A DNA stretch of 64,000 nt from Eledone cirrhosa (Eukaryota): the NCBI GenBank assembly GCA_964016885.1, contig OZ024743.1, positions 248,062,001-248,126,000 on the forward strand, in the 5' to 3' direction. The translations under genes were made by a program, and so were the position numbers. The notes beneath the pieces were generated by a model. It made no database searches. It was not told the origin of the DNA and worked only from the letters and a program-made list of their open reading frames with translations. Below are positions 25,859 to 38,626 of this stretch, one piece after another (the stretch's first letter is position 1; each line of letters opens with the position of its first letter).

Positions 25859-28800
25859 TCAAACTATAGAAAGTAAACATATTATGGTTGTATATGTATG
25901 GTAAAGTTTCGGTAAAGTCCGGTTGATATCAACTTTACCATTTTTAAAAGCATCTTCGTTGGGGAGATGAGTGAAACCTACTTCTCCTGTTCCAAAGAAT
26001 CCAACCAGAGGAGTTTGGGGGAAAAACTGTCGGAAAACAGTTGACTCAACATTAGAGATACCATAGTGATGGATTCCACGGCCAATACAAGTAAACATGA
26101 AAGCAAAGCTTTGTTCTTCCGGAAGTTTGCAGTTCTTTAACTTGCGCATGCTGGCTTCAACTTCTTCTTTGCTGTTGATGTGTTCCTCTATAAGAACAGA
26201 TGCAACTCGCAGACGAGCACCACTGAATGCAATGCAGAGTAGAGATGGATCAGACTGACTGGAATTAAAAGAGAGAAATGAGTTTAATTGGAATTTGAAA
26301 TGTAGTTGCCCCAACATCAATGACTATTAACAATAATCATTATAAACAATATTTGAGAAAATTGAGTAAAGCAGCCTGGGAGATGGAAAAATGTGGTCAG
26401 AGGCACCTCTATCCGCTTTTTTCCATTTCCAGGGTATTTTACTTGATTTTTCTCAACTACTGTTATAGTCACTTACATTGGGATGTCTACTTTTCACATT
26501 TTCTCCATGTCAACCAGAATGAAAAAGAACTAATACAATTCAAAAAAACTTAACTAGATTGAGCTTAACTTGCTGAGGTACAATTTGCATTTCATCTTAT
26601 TGGGGGGTATAAAATAATGTAGCAATCCAGGGTGAGGGATTAGTGGAATTGTAAGAGCACTGAATAAGAAGCCTTACAGTATTTGTTCCAGCATCAAATC
26701 CTGTTGTGGCCTATTTGTGTAGCAGACTTAATCTACTGTCCAGTTTGAATACACCACTTTGGCCTTTGGGTGCCTTTAGCAGAATCTACTCTGTTGAAAG
26801 TCTTTTGTACCAGATCTCCAGTTTGAGGATACATTCTTCCCTCCCTCCTACCAGTCATGAGAACTGCCCTTCCTTCTCTGATTAATCATTAAAAAAAAAA
26901 CACTATTGATGAGTTATTTACAAGATCTAACGCACTCTTTTTGAAATAAATATAGAATTACCATATATACTCGTATATAAACCAGGAAATGTGTCAGCTT
27001 ATATTCAATATTTTGCTGATTTTCACCAACTTCAAATTCTATGTAAATGAAGTGCTAAAATATTTTGCTTTGGAGATATTACACCAATTTTACTTTGGAG
27101 GTGAATATTACACCAGCTTCACTTTGGAGATGAAATTTGTTTTTCCTATTGTTTTTGATGTTTTGAATGAAAATTGCCTTCTAAATGGTTGGAAACTGGT
27201 AAAAAAATCATTATGTAATGAAGTTGTGAAACAAAAACTATACTCTAAACAACACTTAAAACATATTAAATATATTCTCCACTCATGAGAATTTCAAAAC
27301 CACACCATCTAAACATACTGTGTTGATTAGCTGCCTTAGCTTATACATAGGGTTTGGATTTTTGCCCATTTCTCAAACATAAAATAGGGGTCAGCTTATA
27401 TTCAAGTATGCACATGGCTTAGTGGTTAGAGCATTGGGCTTGCAATTCTCAGACCGGGTGATGTGTTGTTTCCTTGGGTAAGACACTTTATTTCACATTG
27501 CTCCAGTTTACTCAGCTGTAGAAATGAGATGATAGGACTGGGGTCCATATCATTCCACTGCAAAGTGGTCGTGGAGGTGCCACGGCAAAAAAGCACCCAG
27601 CACTCACTGTAAATGAGGTTGGTGTTAGGAAGGGCATCCAGCTGTAGAAATCAAGCCTGAATCAGTTCCCGTCCCACCCTTGCAAGCAGGGAAAAGCGGA
27701 CGTAAAATGAAATGATGATGATGATGATGATATGGTATGTCAAATTCTTCCCTACAAAATGTAGGTGAAAGTGATGGACTCAGAATCATGAAGTAGTGGG
27801 TTTGACTCCTGGATTGGACGGTGCATTGTGTTCTTGAGCAAGGTGCTTCATTCATTTCACATTGCTTCTCAAGATAGGATTGGGGCTCCCTATCATTAAA
27901 ACACCCAAGAAATCTCCTATGAAATACAACTCGTAGGAAGCCAGCTAAACCTGCATAGGTGTGAGGTGTAATTTTTTTAAACTTTCTACAAAATGTGGAT
28001 CATATGTGTAAACATAAAAAAAAAAATCAATAACAAATCAAACCAATCAAAATAACAGAATGCAGGTTGCATATTTTGGGGATATGCTATAAATTCAATT
28101 TATGCTGTTATTCTAGATTTAACATGATACATGAATGATAAAGTTTACTAGTTGTGAAAATAGTTAAGTGCTTTGATTTCTCGAAAAAACAAGTGATTGG
28201 CAATTGAATTAAAGACAACATAGGATAACAAAGGCTGTTTAGTTTTGTCAAGGAAAATAACCTCTCTATAATTAGTGCCATTATAAACTGCACCTATTAC
28301 ACTCTGCTAAGTGGATGGTGTTAGAAAGGGTATCCATCCATAAAAAACATGTCAAAAATAAATATACAAGCAAGCTTTGATCCTCTAACCCATCTAGGAG
28401 GACAGTAACTGTGAATAAAAAATGACATAATTCATACCAGCATGAAAAACAATGATGAAGTTGGGTATTATCATAATCATCATTGTTTTTACATCCGTTT
28501 TTCCATGCTTGCATGGGTTTGACAAGATCTCTTTAGCACAGTACCTCTCCATTATTAATTTCTTTGTGAGATATACTTCCTAAAATTTTATATACAAAAT
28601 CACCTTAATCTTTTCAATACCAACTCACATATGGTTCTGTAATAAAACAGTCCATTTTAAAGTGTTCATATCTAAATTAAAACCTTCCATCATAATTTTA
28701 TGTAAGAACTTTGCTGTCATTTTCTTAACATCAATCTAACTATAAACTTATTTTACTAAAAACCTTCCAAATTGTTTTACTATTTTCAAAATTAATTGAA

Positions 28801-31800
28801 ACATATTCAGTGTATTTCATGAGATATAGAATAACAAAAGGGTTTAAAATAAATAAAGAAGAGTAAGGTTACATCACTCACCCTCCAGAATCATTCAAGC
28901 ATTTCTGAGGACAAATCAAATTGTCAACATATCCGCCAACAAGAATAGCTTCGGGAAAATATTGCATTAATGTATAGCCTATTTCTGGTGGACAGAGCGG
29001 TTCATTGCAGAAAAACAGAAGTGCCTTTACATCATCTTCAGGAATATGATTCGTTCCTGGTCCTAAAATATCATCAAACTGTGTGGTACATGTGTTGATG
29101 TCAATGGTAAAACTGTGGATTTGTAAACTTTCCAATTTAGGAATAAGTAGGAAAGACAAAGATTTTTTATTTTCAATCTCAAATGACTTGTTGGTTTCAG
29201 ACTTTGTCCCTGCATCAGAGAAAAGGAGAACAGGAGAAATTTAATAGTAATGCATGAAGGTTTCTGATTTAGGCGCAAGGCCAAATTTAAGAACAAGGGG
29301 GAATTATGTTACATTTACCCCAGCATTTGACTGGTACTTTATTTTATCAACTCCAGAAGGATGAAAGGCAGAGCTAACCTCAGCAGGATTTGAACTCAGA
29401 GTGTAAAGGGTCATAACTAAATCCTGCAAAGCATTTTGTCTGACACTCCAACGATTCTGCCAATCCACCACCAAATGTCAGAATAATAAAACACATAAAT
29501 AGGGAAAATAAACTCATCCTTGGAGACAACATAGGACAGAAAATATTCTTCAGTCTTGCCAAGTACATGATATCCTCCATAGGGCTGGCACCATGATAAA
29601 ATGCACACAGTACACCCTGTAAAGTGATAGTGGTGGTTCCACGATAAAATGTATCCAGTACACTCTGTAAAGTGTGAGTGCTGATGCCACAATAAAATGT
29701 ACTCTGTACACACTGTAAAGGTAGAGTTAGTGCTACAATAAAATGCACCAAGTACACTCTGTAAAGTGGTTGGTGATAGGAAGGGCATCCAACTGCAGAA
29801 TCCATGACAAAACTTGAATATATGTAAGATGTGGCCCTTGACTCACCTGAGAGGATAGTAACTTGGTCTGTGACAACTCATCCAACCCATACTAAGAGAG
29901 AAAAATGGCTATTAAGTGATGATGATGGTAGTGGTGGTGATGCTGATGATGGCAGTAGCAATAGCAATGATGATATTGATGATAACTGCTTTACTTACCT
30001 ACAACACCATCAGCAGATATAGCAAGGAAATTGCAAAAACTGGGTAGTAATTGCTTTAGAAATGTACCAATGTCCAAGCGCATACATTTGGCAGTCCTGT
30101 GGAAGCGGGTCATGTGATTGCCTGGGAGTTTGAGTGGGTCATCAAATAAAGTTGAGGAACAGAACCCAATGAAGTTAGCAGGTTCATGCCATATCTCCTG
30201 AAAGAAAAAGATAAAAACATTATAGATAGTGTGCATAAATAAAAAATTTGATAATTGTGTTTCAATCTATGTAAATGCGTGTGTGTGATTAGTTTCGCAC
30301 AGCCAACTCGCCACCCCGCCTCATAGCAGTACCACCCAGTACTGGGCCCCAAAACTGTGGCTACACTGTGAGATGGGTCTAAGCTCCTCGTTTCAGTGCC
30401 ATTGAGTACTGGGCTCCGAAAACATGGTTGTGTTGTGAGACAGGTTTGGCATGGCCAACTGGCCTGTCCCTCCTCATAACAGAGCCATCCAGTCCCACAC
30501 TGTAAACGTGGTTGGTGTTAGGAAGGGCATCCAGTTGTAAAATACCCAGCCAAATTTACAGTACTTGCCGGTGCAAGACACAGTCAACCCTGGCCAGACT
30601 TGACTCTCGGCATGGACAACCCGTCTAACCCATGCAAGCGTGGAAAAATTGACGTCAAATGGAAATGATGATGATATATATATAACACCACTGTCATTAT
30701 TTTAACAGCTATTTTTTCCACGATGGCATGAATAGGGTAGAGTATTTTGAGACAAAGATTTTCAAGATGCCTTTCCACTTGCTTCTCCTTTTAGTTAACT
30801 CTTTACGATATGCAGGGATACAGTGTACCTATTGTAAAAACAAAAATATAATATATATAAGAGGGTGTAGTAAGATATCAGGTGGACCATAACGCACCAG
30901 AGTACTCAATACTTAGGGTAGTGGAGTGGGTAATAGGAAAAGGACCCCGGCGGCTGAGCTCCGGCCGTTTCGACAGCTAAATCCAAACTGTATTTATATA
31001 TATATATTTGACAGCTAGATCGAACTATATTTATATATATATATATCATCATCATCATCATCATCACCGTTTTACGTCCGTTCTTCCACGCTAGCATGGG
31101 TTAGACGGGTTGTCCTGTTGTGGGCAGTGTCTGGTCGGCTGACCATGCCTTGCTCATACAGGAACTGATCTGGCTTGATTTCTACAGCTGGATGCCCTTC
31201 CTAACACCAACCTCATTTACAGTGAGTGCTGGGTGCTTTTTCGTGGCGCCTACACGTCCACTTTACAGTGTGGGCTGGGTGCTTTTTTGCCGTGGCACCT
31301 CCACGACCACCTTGCGGTGGGGGGGGGGGGGCATATTGTTTATATGCTTCAGCATGTACCCATGGGAGGTCGGGTACCCTGTATTACTGCGTGACGCCAG
31401 AAGTCACGGTCGTGTGTCATTGACTTTGAGAGGTGTAGTTGGGTAAGGTCGGCTTTTATCACCTCATCCCAAGTCATCTTGGGTCTCCCCACTCCACGGT
31501 TTCCATCAACTTCTAGTGCTCTGCACCTTTTTATGCAGCTGTCATCCTTCATACGCATCACATGTCCATACCAGCGTAACCGCCTCTCCTGCACGCAGCA
31601 TTTGATTCCTCTTATGCTCAGTCTCTCTCTCAATTCATTTATGCTTTGTCGTTCACGTATATTACTGTTACACATCCATCGGAGCATGCAGGCTTCGTTT
31701 CTCTCTAATCTACGTAAGTCTTCCACCTTCAGCGCCCAGGTCTCACTACCATGCAACATCGCTGTTCGGATACACGCATCATACAGTCTGCCTTTCATTC

Positions 31801-34800
31801 TGAGGGAGAAGCCTTTTGCAGCTAGCAGTGGTAGTAGTTCCCTAAACTTCTTCCATCCCGTTCTTACCCTAGTTATTGTACTTTCTGAGCACCCACCTCC
31901 GTTGCTAATTCGGTCACCTAGGTAGCAGAAGCTGTCTACTGTTTCTACAGGGCCCTCCCAGAGATTGGTGGTACTTGTTTCCTGTGGCTGTTTGCTTGCT
32001 GTTTCAGCACAGCTGCTGCATGTGAATCCTACATTCTTAATTAAGCTTCCTGAGATCCCGCTACATCTCTTGTGTACCCATTGTTTGCATTTGGGGCAAA
32101 GAATGGAGTTCCTACCTACACCTTTCCTACATACTGAGCAAGGCCATTTCCCTGAGGGGATCTGGGTTCTGTTTTCTCGTCTACTTATAAGGACCTTAGT
32201 CTTTGTCATGTTGACTTTGAGGCCCTTTCTCTCTAGTCCCTGCTTCCAGGTTTGGAATTTATTCTCTAGTTCTACCATAGATTCAGCTATGAGTGCGAGG
32301 TCATCAGCATACAGGAGTTCCCATGGGCATCCGGTCTTAAACTCCTCCGTTATTGCCTGCAGGACTATGATGAACAGGAGAGGGCTAAGAACAGAGCCCT
32401 GGTGGACCCCAACCTGTACGCTAAATTCCTCGCTATACTCATTGCCATATATATAGTTAAAAAGTGAAGCTGAAAATACACAGAAGTATATTTAAAGATT
32501 ATTTTTTTCTTTAATTTGACAGAATTAATAATTTTATAATTGTTCTTCTCTGAAGACCTGCTGTCCAGCTCCCCTGAGAGTTTCTTTCCACTTAATATCT
32601 AATATTTGATAAGATTGTGTTACCAATCAAAACCAGTTAAATTTAATCCAACAATTATAAAATTATTTATTCTGTCGGATTAAAGAAAAAATAATCTTTA
32701 AATATGCTTCCATGTATTTTCACCTTCACTTTTTAACTATAACCTTTGTTTTGTATAGAACTTTACATTCCTTTTTCAACTATATACATATAGTTGTGAA
32801 GGGGAGTGGCTGAGTGGTTAGAGAATTGGATTCACAATTGTGAGGTGATGAATTCAATTCTCGGACTGGGAGATGTGTTATGTCCTTGGGCAAGACACTT
32901 TATTTTAGTAGGAGCTAGCCTTCCAGGCCTCCTGTCAAGCTTCATACTCATCTTGGGGTCATTTTTGAGACAATGTTTTACATGGGTAGGAACAGAATTT
33001 GAGAGGGCTAACATTATGACTAAATAAAAGTGGGCATAGTGGTCAGTGCAGGGACAGAGAGGGAGTGGGGGAAGCAATGTCAATGATGAGACAAGAAGAA
33101 TATTACCAACCTCGTGTAGAAGGCCATTAGTTATTGAGGGTTGAAATTTTTCAGATCCAGAAGAATACTTTTTCCATTTATTCAAGTATTAGACAACAAA
33201 GCATCTTCCTTACCACCATTAATGTTATCATCACCACTACTGTTGTCATCGTCAACACTATCACTGCTTCTGCCGCTATAATTGTTTACTATTTTATTTT
33301 TTTATAAGCCAACCCAAAACTACCTCTGCTGCTATCGAACAAAGCGACCCATTTTAAACGGTTTTGATTTAAATTATAATCTTTTAACGTAATTTTAGTA
33401 AATCCTTCCAAATTCTTCACCGATTAATTCAAATATAGTATATTTTATTAGAAATATGGTAATGGAAGGATTTCATTTTCACATTCTTACATGTATTGGA
33501 TAGATTTATCCAGTTTGAATTATCATCACAATAAAAATGTGTGCCCAGAATGGTAATAAATGAAGAGAAAGCCTTATAGTTGGCTGCTCATTCCAAAATT
33601 ATAGTGTAGGTTTACCATATCACTGTGTGCTGTAAGAGGTGACTAAAAGGGATGGTGCTGGGAAAGGCATCCAGTCACAAAACATTGCATCAAAAAGGAT
33701 CTCATGATGTGTATGATTATGCCTGTTATGGGAGCCTGCTTTAGATGGAAATATGCCCTTAAAATGACTATGTTGTTGCCCATTCGAAAATGAATTACAA
33801 AATGTAGAAAAATGTAATTTATTACTGCTTGCACAATACGTTTTATCATGGCACCAGCACTACCACTTTACAGTCCACTCTGTAAAGCGGTAGTGCTGGT
33901 GCCATGATAAAATGCACCCAGTACACTCTGTAAATTAGTTGTTGTTAGGAAGGTCATCCAGCTATAGAAACAATGTTAAAATATAGAATGCTTGAGTAAG
34001 ATGTGGTTCTCCAATCCATCTAATCTTAGACTGTGATAACCTATCCAACCCATACCAGCATGTAAAGAGGACATAAAATGATGATGCTGATGATGCTGGG
34101 GCATCCTCATCATCATCTACAGTTTTGCCCTTACTTGCAATAAGCCTTTGATCTTTGTCGCAAGCATCTCATTGTTTTCATCTTCATCACACTCATACAT
34201 ATTCCAGCAAAGCTTCTGCCGTTTTTTCTTGAGCTGTTCAGCAACAATTTTCCAAATTTTGCAAACTCTGAAAATTTTAAATAAGTAATAAAAGATAAAA
34301 TGTTTTCATAAAACTAATTTTGTTATCAATCATTTAGATTTCTCATAATTCTATTAGTGGTCAAGAAAGAATTAGAATCAACCATAACATGTCATGTGGG
34401 TTTGTGTGTTTGTACATATATATATATCTACACACACATACACACAATTATTGCTACAATAAAAAGGTCCCATGTTATAACCTTACATTTGACCCTGTAA
34501 ATAGTTACTTCTCCAAAGTTACTCATGAATGCCATTAACACATATATGTTAAACGTCTATGTGATTATATGGAGATAATTTTTTTTTTTTAAAATCATTC
34601 CTATCTTTACTCACTTCCACATGTCAGTAATCAACATAAACTATAGGGTTTCTCTTATGCAACCAATTAATTTATCAAAACAAATTTCCCAGTTTGTATG
34701 ATTGTTCAATATAGCCAGTAATTCTTGCACACCAATCCTGGGTTCCAAAAATACATTCAACACTATTCATTTTGTTGCTTCTATGTTGTAGTTGTTTGCG

Positions 34801-34811
34801 CCCTGAATACA

Positions 34812-34880
<69 letters not shown>

Positions 34881-36183
34881 ATATATTAACAAATGGAAAC
34901 TATATTTATAAAACCATATTTATTTCATTATACATATTTCAAGGGCCACCAAAACAGATTATGGTGCGCTTTCATCAGATAAAATATAATATAGATTAGT
35001 TTTATAAATAAATATTGACATACCCTGAAAAAATGCAACCTTCACGGTTGGAGTCTCCTGGATATATATACATCTTTTTTTTATTTTCACCATCACCCTT
35101 TTTGTTATAAACTTATGTAGTTTTGATTTGAACTGACTTTTACCTTACAAGTTAATCTGGAAAACGACTCTTCTCGCCCCCTTCCTGCTTTTTCTTCTAT
35201 ATTACACACGTCATTTTGAGCAGGATGGGAAGTATTTGAGACATGATTTGTTGTTCCTGATTTTTTTGATTTTTTTTATAAGTATAAACATTTCTTTCGT
35301 GGAATGGATGGTCTGAGAACTTCACTGTTATTCGCTTGTTTTGATCTACACTGTTGGTAATTTTTGAAATGCTAACACTGAAGGAGGGCCTTCTAAGTAG
35401 TAGATTGACATGCTAGAAATAGCAGCTAAATTCTCCTCAAACCACACCTTACCATCTTTTTAAAAAAAAAGGATACGTTCAATGTTTGAACGTATTGTCT
35501 GAAAATAAGACGGGGTGATCATAGCTGGAATACTTTGATCATAAGTATGCTAAATCAGAGCTGACCTGGAGCTAAATAACTTTCCAGCTCTTCTGTGAGG
35601 TTATCTTCTGAATTTCTATGATTAATTATCGATTTAAAAGACAATTTCTATTTAATTCATTTTTTAAAAGCTGGTTATCTTCTCGAAATGAAATTTAATT
35701 TTGAAATGTTTGAATAAACTTAAGTTATTTGAAATAGAAAAATTGTGAGTGCCGCTGTTTTGTTGTTATTGTCAAACAGGATCTTACACTTTGATAAATG
35801 AAAGCCAAGATTAGAAGACAGCGCCATACATTATTACGCCAGCATATTGACTGTGGGCGAAATTTGTCAATTAAATTGTATTTATATTTTCGTGGAGAAC
35901 AAACCAACTTTATGTTTTCACCGGTAAGGAAGATGTGAGCCTTAAATGTACACATGGAGAAGACTGGAGCCAGGTCATTTGTAGTAAGAGGGGAGGGGGG
36001 ATTCAGACGAATATCGGTAATATATTAGATACCAATAGATTGTGTTGAATATTTAATAGTTACAAACCTTGCACAGGAGTTAAGAGTTTTTGCTGGAAGG
36101 AAAGACAAGACTTTCTTAGTAATGTGAGGGAATTTAGTAAGCACAAAGCCAGCTGAACTACACGTTTTAGAGCAATCGACCAT
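25859..36183 (-). CDS. FBXO22: F-box only protein 22 (F-box plus FIST domain, ~391 aa, 5 coding exons)
   Basis: Exons 36068-36183, 34135-34267, 29999-30197, 28882-29209, 25859-26258 join in phase with GT-AG (1176 nt). F-box FVLTKFPHITKKVLSFLPAKTLNSCARVCKIW and C-terminal FMFTCIGRG...F...FP.TPLVGFFGTGEVG. A further upstream exon may end at 36282 or 36286. Confidence 0.93.
27411..27730 (+). mobile_element. tRNA-head / CORE-like / RTE-tail SINE
   Basis: Homologous to 14686-15035 and ends in (GAT)n. Confidence 0.85.
30860..31030. mobile_element. (TA)n-flanked short element homologous to 49260-49400
   Basis: ggaccataacgcaccagagtactcaatacttagggtagt is shared with 49287-49325. Confidence 0.65.
31046..32446 (-). 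mobile_element. 5'-truncated RTE-clade LINE with PHD-like finger, in an FBXO22 intron
   Basis: [23 protein letters not shown]4HC3 motif and RLRWYGHVMR. (GAT)n tail and (TA)n on both sides. Confidence 0.93.
32453..32785. mobile_element. (TA)n-flanked fold-back element with decayed hammerhead core
   Basis: Inverted arms 32453-32544 and 32650-32741. The loop contains tTGATAA-gattg-tgttac-caatc-AAAAc, a mutated CTGATGA/GAAAC core with an intact 5-bp stem II. Confidence 0.6.
34921..34986 (-). ncRNA. Type I hammerhead ribozyme motif in a (TA)n-flanked ~190-bp element (34876-35061)
   Basis: Minus strand: tattttat-CTGATGA-aagcgcacca taatctgttt tggtggccctt-GAAA-tatgt-ATA-atgaaata. 8-bp stem I including one G-U, and a long stem II. 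Confidence 0.8.
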
Positions 36184-37374
36184 TTTGGAGCTCTTTTGTG
36201 CTGAAAAGAAAGAAAATAGAAATTAAGTCCGCGAAATCAAACATTTATAAGATTGATGCGATTTTAACACGAAAACAGTACCTACCGTTCGCACAATACG
36301 CTTTGTCATTTGTTTCAAAACATCCTGTTTATGTGTTCGCTGGAACTGGCTTAATGGTTATATACTTCTGATGTTATTTAACTCGGAGTCAGCTCTGATC
36401 GAGTAAATTATGATCAAAAAGTACTCCAATCGTTATGACTATTCTGTATATACAAGCCGAAACCACTAGGTGTCGCGGTCAGCTTTTTACCTGCATTTAT
36501 ACTCACTCTGATTCTTCCCATGCATTGAGTACTACCCCGATTAATAGTCTCCCCGGTTTCGGCACCGCATATTTTATGTATATATAAATTATCAACACGA
36601 GCGCTAATTATATGCAAATTGGTATGCCTATTTTAGAATAATACTAAAAACAAATTGGTGTTAATGATATTATTTAGAATGTAGCAGGAGGTGGTGATGT
36701 TAGTTGGTACTGTGGTTCGTTGTTCACTTATGGATTACTTTGTGATGTGGTCACGTTTGTGTATAGTGTAGGCGAAGGAGATTGGTGTGCCTTATACAGT
36801 GTGACAAGAGATTGCGGGTGTGCAAGTGACCTACAATGTTCATGATGATGATGATGATGTGGGGATTCCTTGGGTGATTTATCCTGATTACATAGGTAAT
36901 GAAATAAAAACCAAATCGCTCCGTAAATATATTAATTTAATAACCTGCTACAAAGCGATTGTTGACAATATAAGAAAACAAGGCTTGATGGATGCGTGTG
37001 TGCAATAATTCCAAAGATGTTATTTACCGTGTTGTGTGGACTGAGTCGGACCTCTGCCGAGAGCGCCGAAGTGTTTCACTAAGCGCTACATCTGAGCTTG
37101 TTGTAAACCAACTGCATGTGCTGTGTTTCCTTTGAGAGTCGAGAGCAGAATGTTGTCAAGGAAATGTTATCTTTGATAAACTGTAGATGGCCAGTTTCTA
37201 TAGACTAACTTGCGTCATTTCGAGACAAAGAAAAATTGAACATCTATGTGCTACATGTTCAGCATGTGGTCACACTGACCAACTTTGCCAACATCAGCAC
37301 AAGAGTTCAAATTACTGCTACATATATACCCATCAAATGCATGTTTCCTTGTGGTCGATTGGATGATATACATG

Positions 37375-37418
37375 TCTTCTGATGAGGGTCCCATAACACC
37401 CTGAAATCGAATAAAAGA
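37375..37418 (+). ncRNA. Type I hammerhead ribozyme motif
   Basis: tctt-CTGATGA-gggt cccataac accct-GAAA-tcga-ATA-aaaga. Stems are short and stem III is near-palindromic. Confidence 0.6.
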
Positions 37419-37583
37419 TGTTTATAATTTTTTTTAATTTGCAGGGAAGTTTGTATTTTCTGGCATGTTTACATACCTACATAATAGATATGTGTATATA
37501 TTTATACATGTTGGTGCAGTCTCAGTTACACACTCTGTATTTATACAGATATAACTTTATCATACACTCTGGCTGCAAGCGCA

Positions 37584-37650
<67 letters not shown>

Positions 37651-37964
37651 TATAGTTATAGAGGTATTTATTTACGCTTTAATTTATATTTTTAATTATC
37701 GTGTCTATATTCTGCCTTTCATAGGTTATAGATTCCATACACTGGTGGTTTTTCCGTTTTATTGATGGCGAACTGTATCTCTCTCTAGTGCGTTACCTTT
37801 TCAACATAGTGTATTTTAAAGTGCCCAGGATTTCCTCTCCTTTCAGCACATTATTTACAGGGAACGGCGAGAGTCTATGGCTCCGTTAATGTATCGTGAT
37901 ATATATACATATATATACATATAAAATAAATAAGTCAAATATTTAAAATTTGGCTTCGTTTATT

Positions 37965-38019
37965 ACTGCTATATATATTTCGGTGACAGCCATCTTTGTC
38001 TGTGACCTCTTCAGGCAGT
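37965..38019 (-). ncRNA. Type I hammerhead ribozyme motif (left arm)
   Basis: actgc-CTGAAGA-ggtcacag..ctgtcacc-GAAA-tatat-ATA-gcagt. Confidence 0.82.
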
Positions 38020-38411
38020 CCGAATTAGTGTGGTAGAGACGAGTACACATGTTGTTGAGGTGTTTAACTTTGTCAATACTCTGATATGCCCAGTTCATTT
38101 TTTTGAGCTGACTCCAACACCAACACCACTACCAACATAATAGTAGAGGTCAGATGTACTTAACAAGAACAACCACTACAGATTGCCTCGCCTCAGAACA
38201 AATTTCTATAGACTTTTGACTGAGGAATGTTCTCACAACTGACCAATGGGAGGAGAGGATGTCCTCTGACGCTGAAATTCGTTTGTTTAAATTCATACGA
38301 TTCCAGTTCCTCAGTGAAATAACAACCCAACCAGGAACTGGGCATATCAGAGTATTGACAAAGTTAAACACCTCAACAACATGTGTACTCGTCTCTACCA
38401 CACTAATTCGG

Positions 38412-38466
38412 ACTGCCTGAAGAGGTCACAGACAAAGATGGCTGTCACCGAAATATATATCGCAGT
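38412..38466 (+). ncRNA. Type I hammerhead ribozyme motif (right arm)
   Basis: actgc-CTGAAGA-ggtcacag acaaagatgg ctgtcacc-GAAA-tatat-ATC-gcagt, with palindromic stem III ATATATAT. Confidence 0.85.
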
Positions 38467-38626
38467 AATAAACGAAGCCAAATTTTAAATATTTGACTTA
38501 TTTATTTTAGTTTATTTTAAATTACTCCGGAGTAACCAAACCAACCTGCACACTTCGTCGAGTGCTCCAATCTGCATACTGAGGTGTTGGTATACAACCA
38601 ACATATACTCAAAATATATATACATA

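Larger units (their letters stand above)
37922..38625. mobile_element. (TA)n-flanked element with 175-bp inverted repeats, each carrying a hammerhead (Penelope inverted pseudo-LTR architecture)
   Basis: Arms 37922-38096 and 38335-38509 are almost identical, with a 238-bp spacer and a unique tail to ~38625. Confidence 0.82.

Noticed and set aside
27411-27450. tRNA gene
   Set aside because: The A/B-box-like sequence is a SINE head and forms no cloverleaf.
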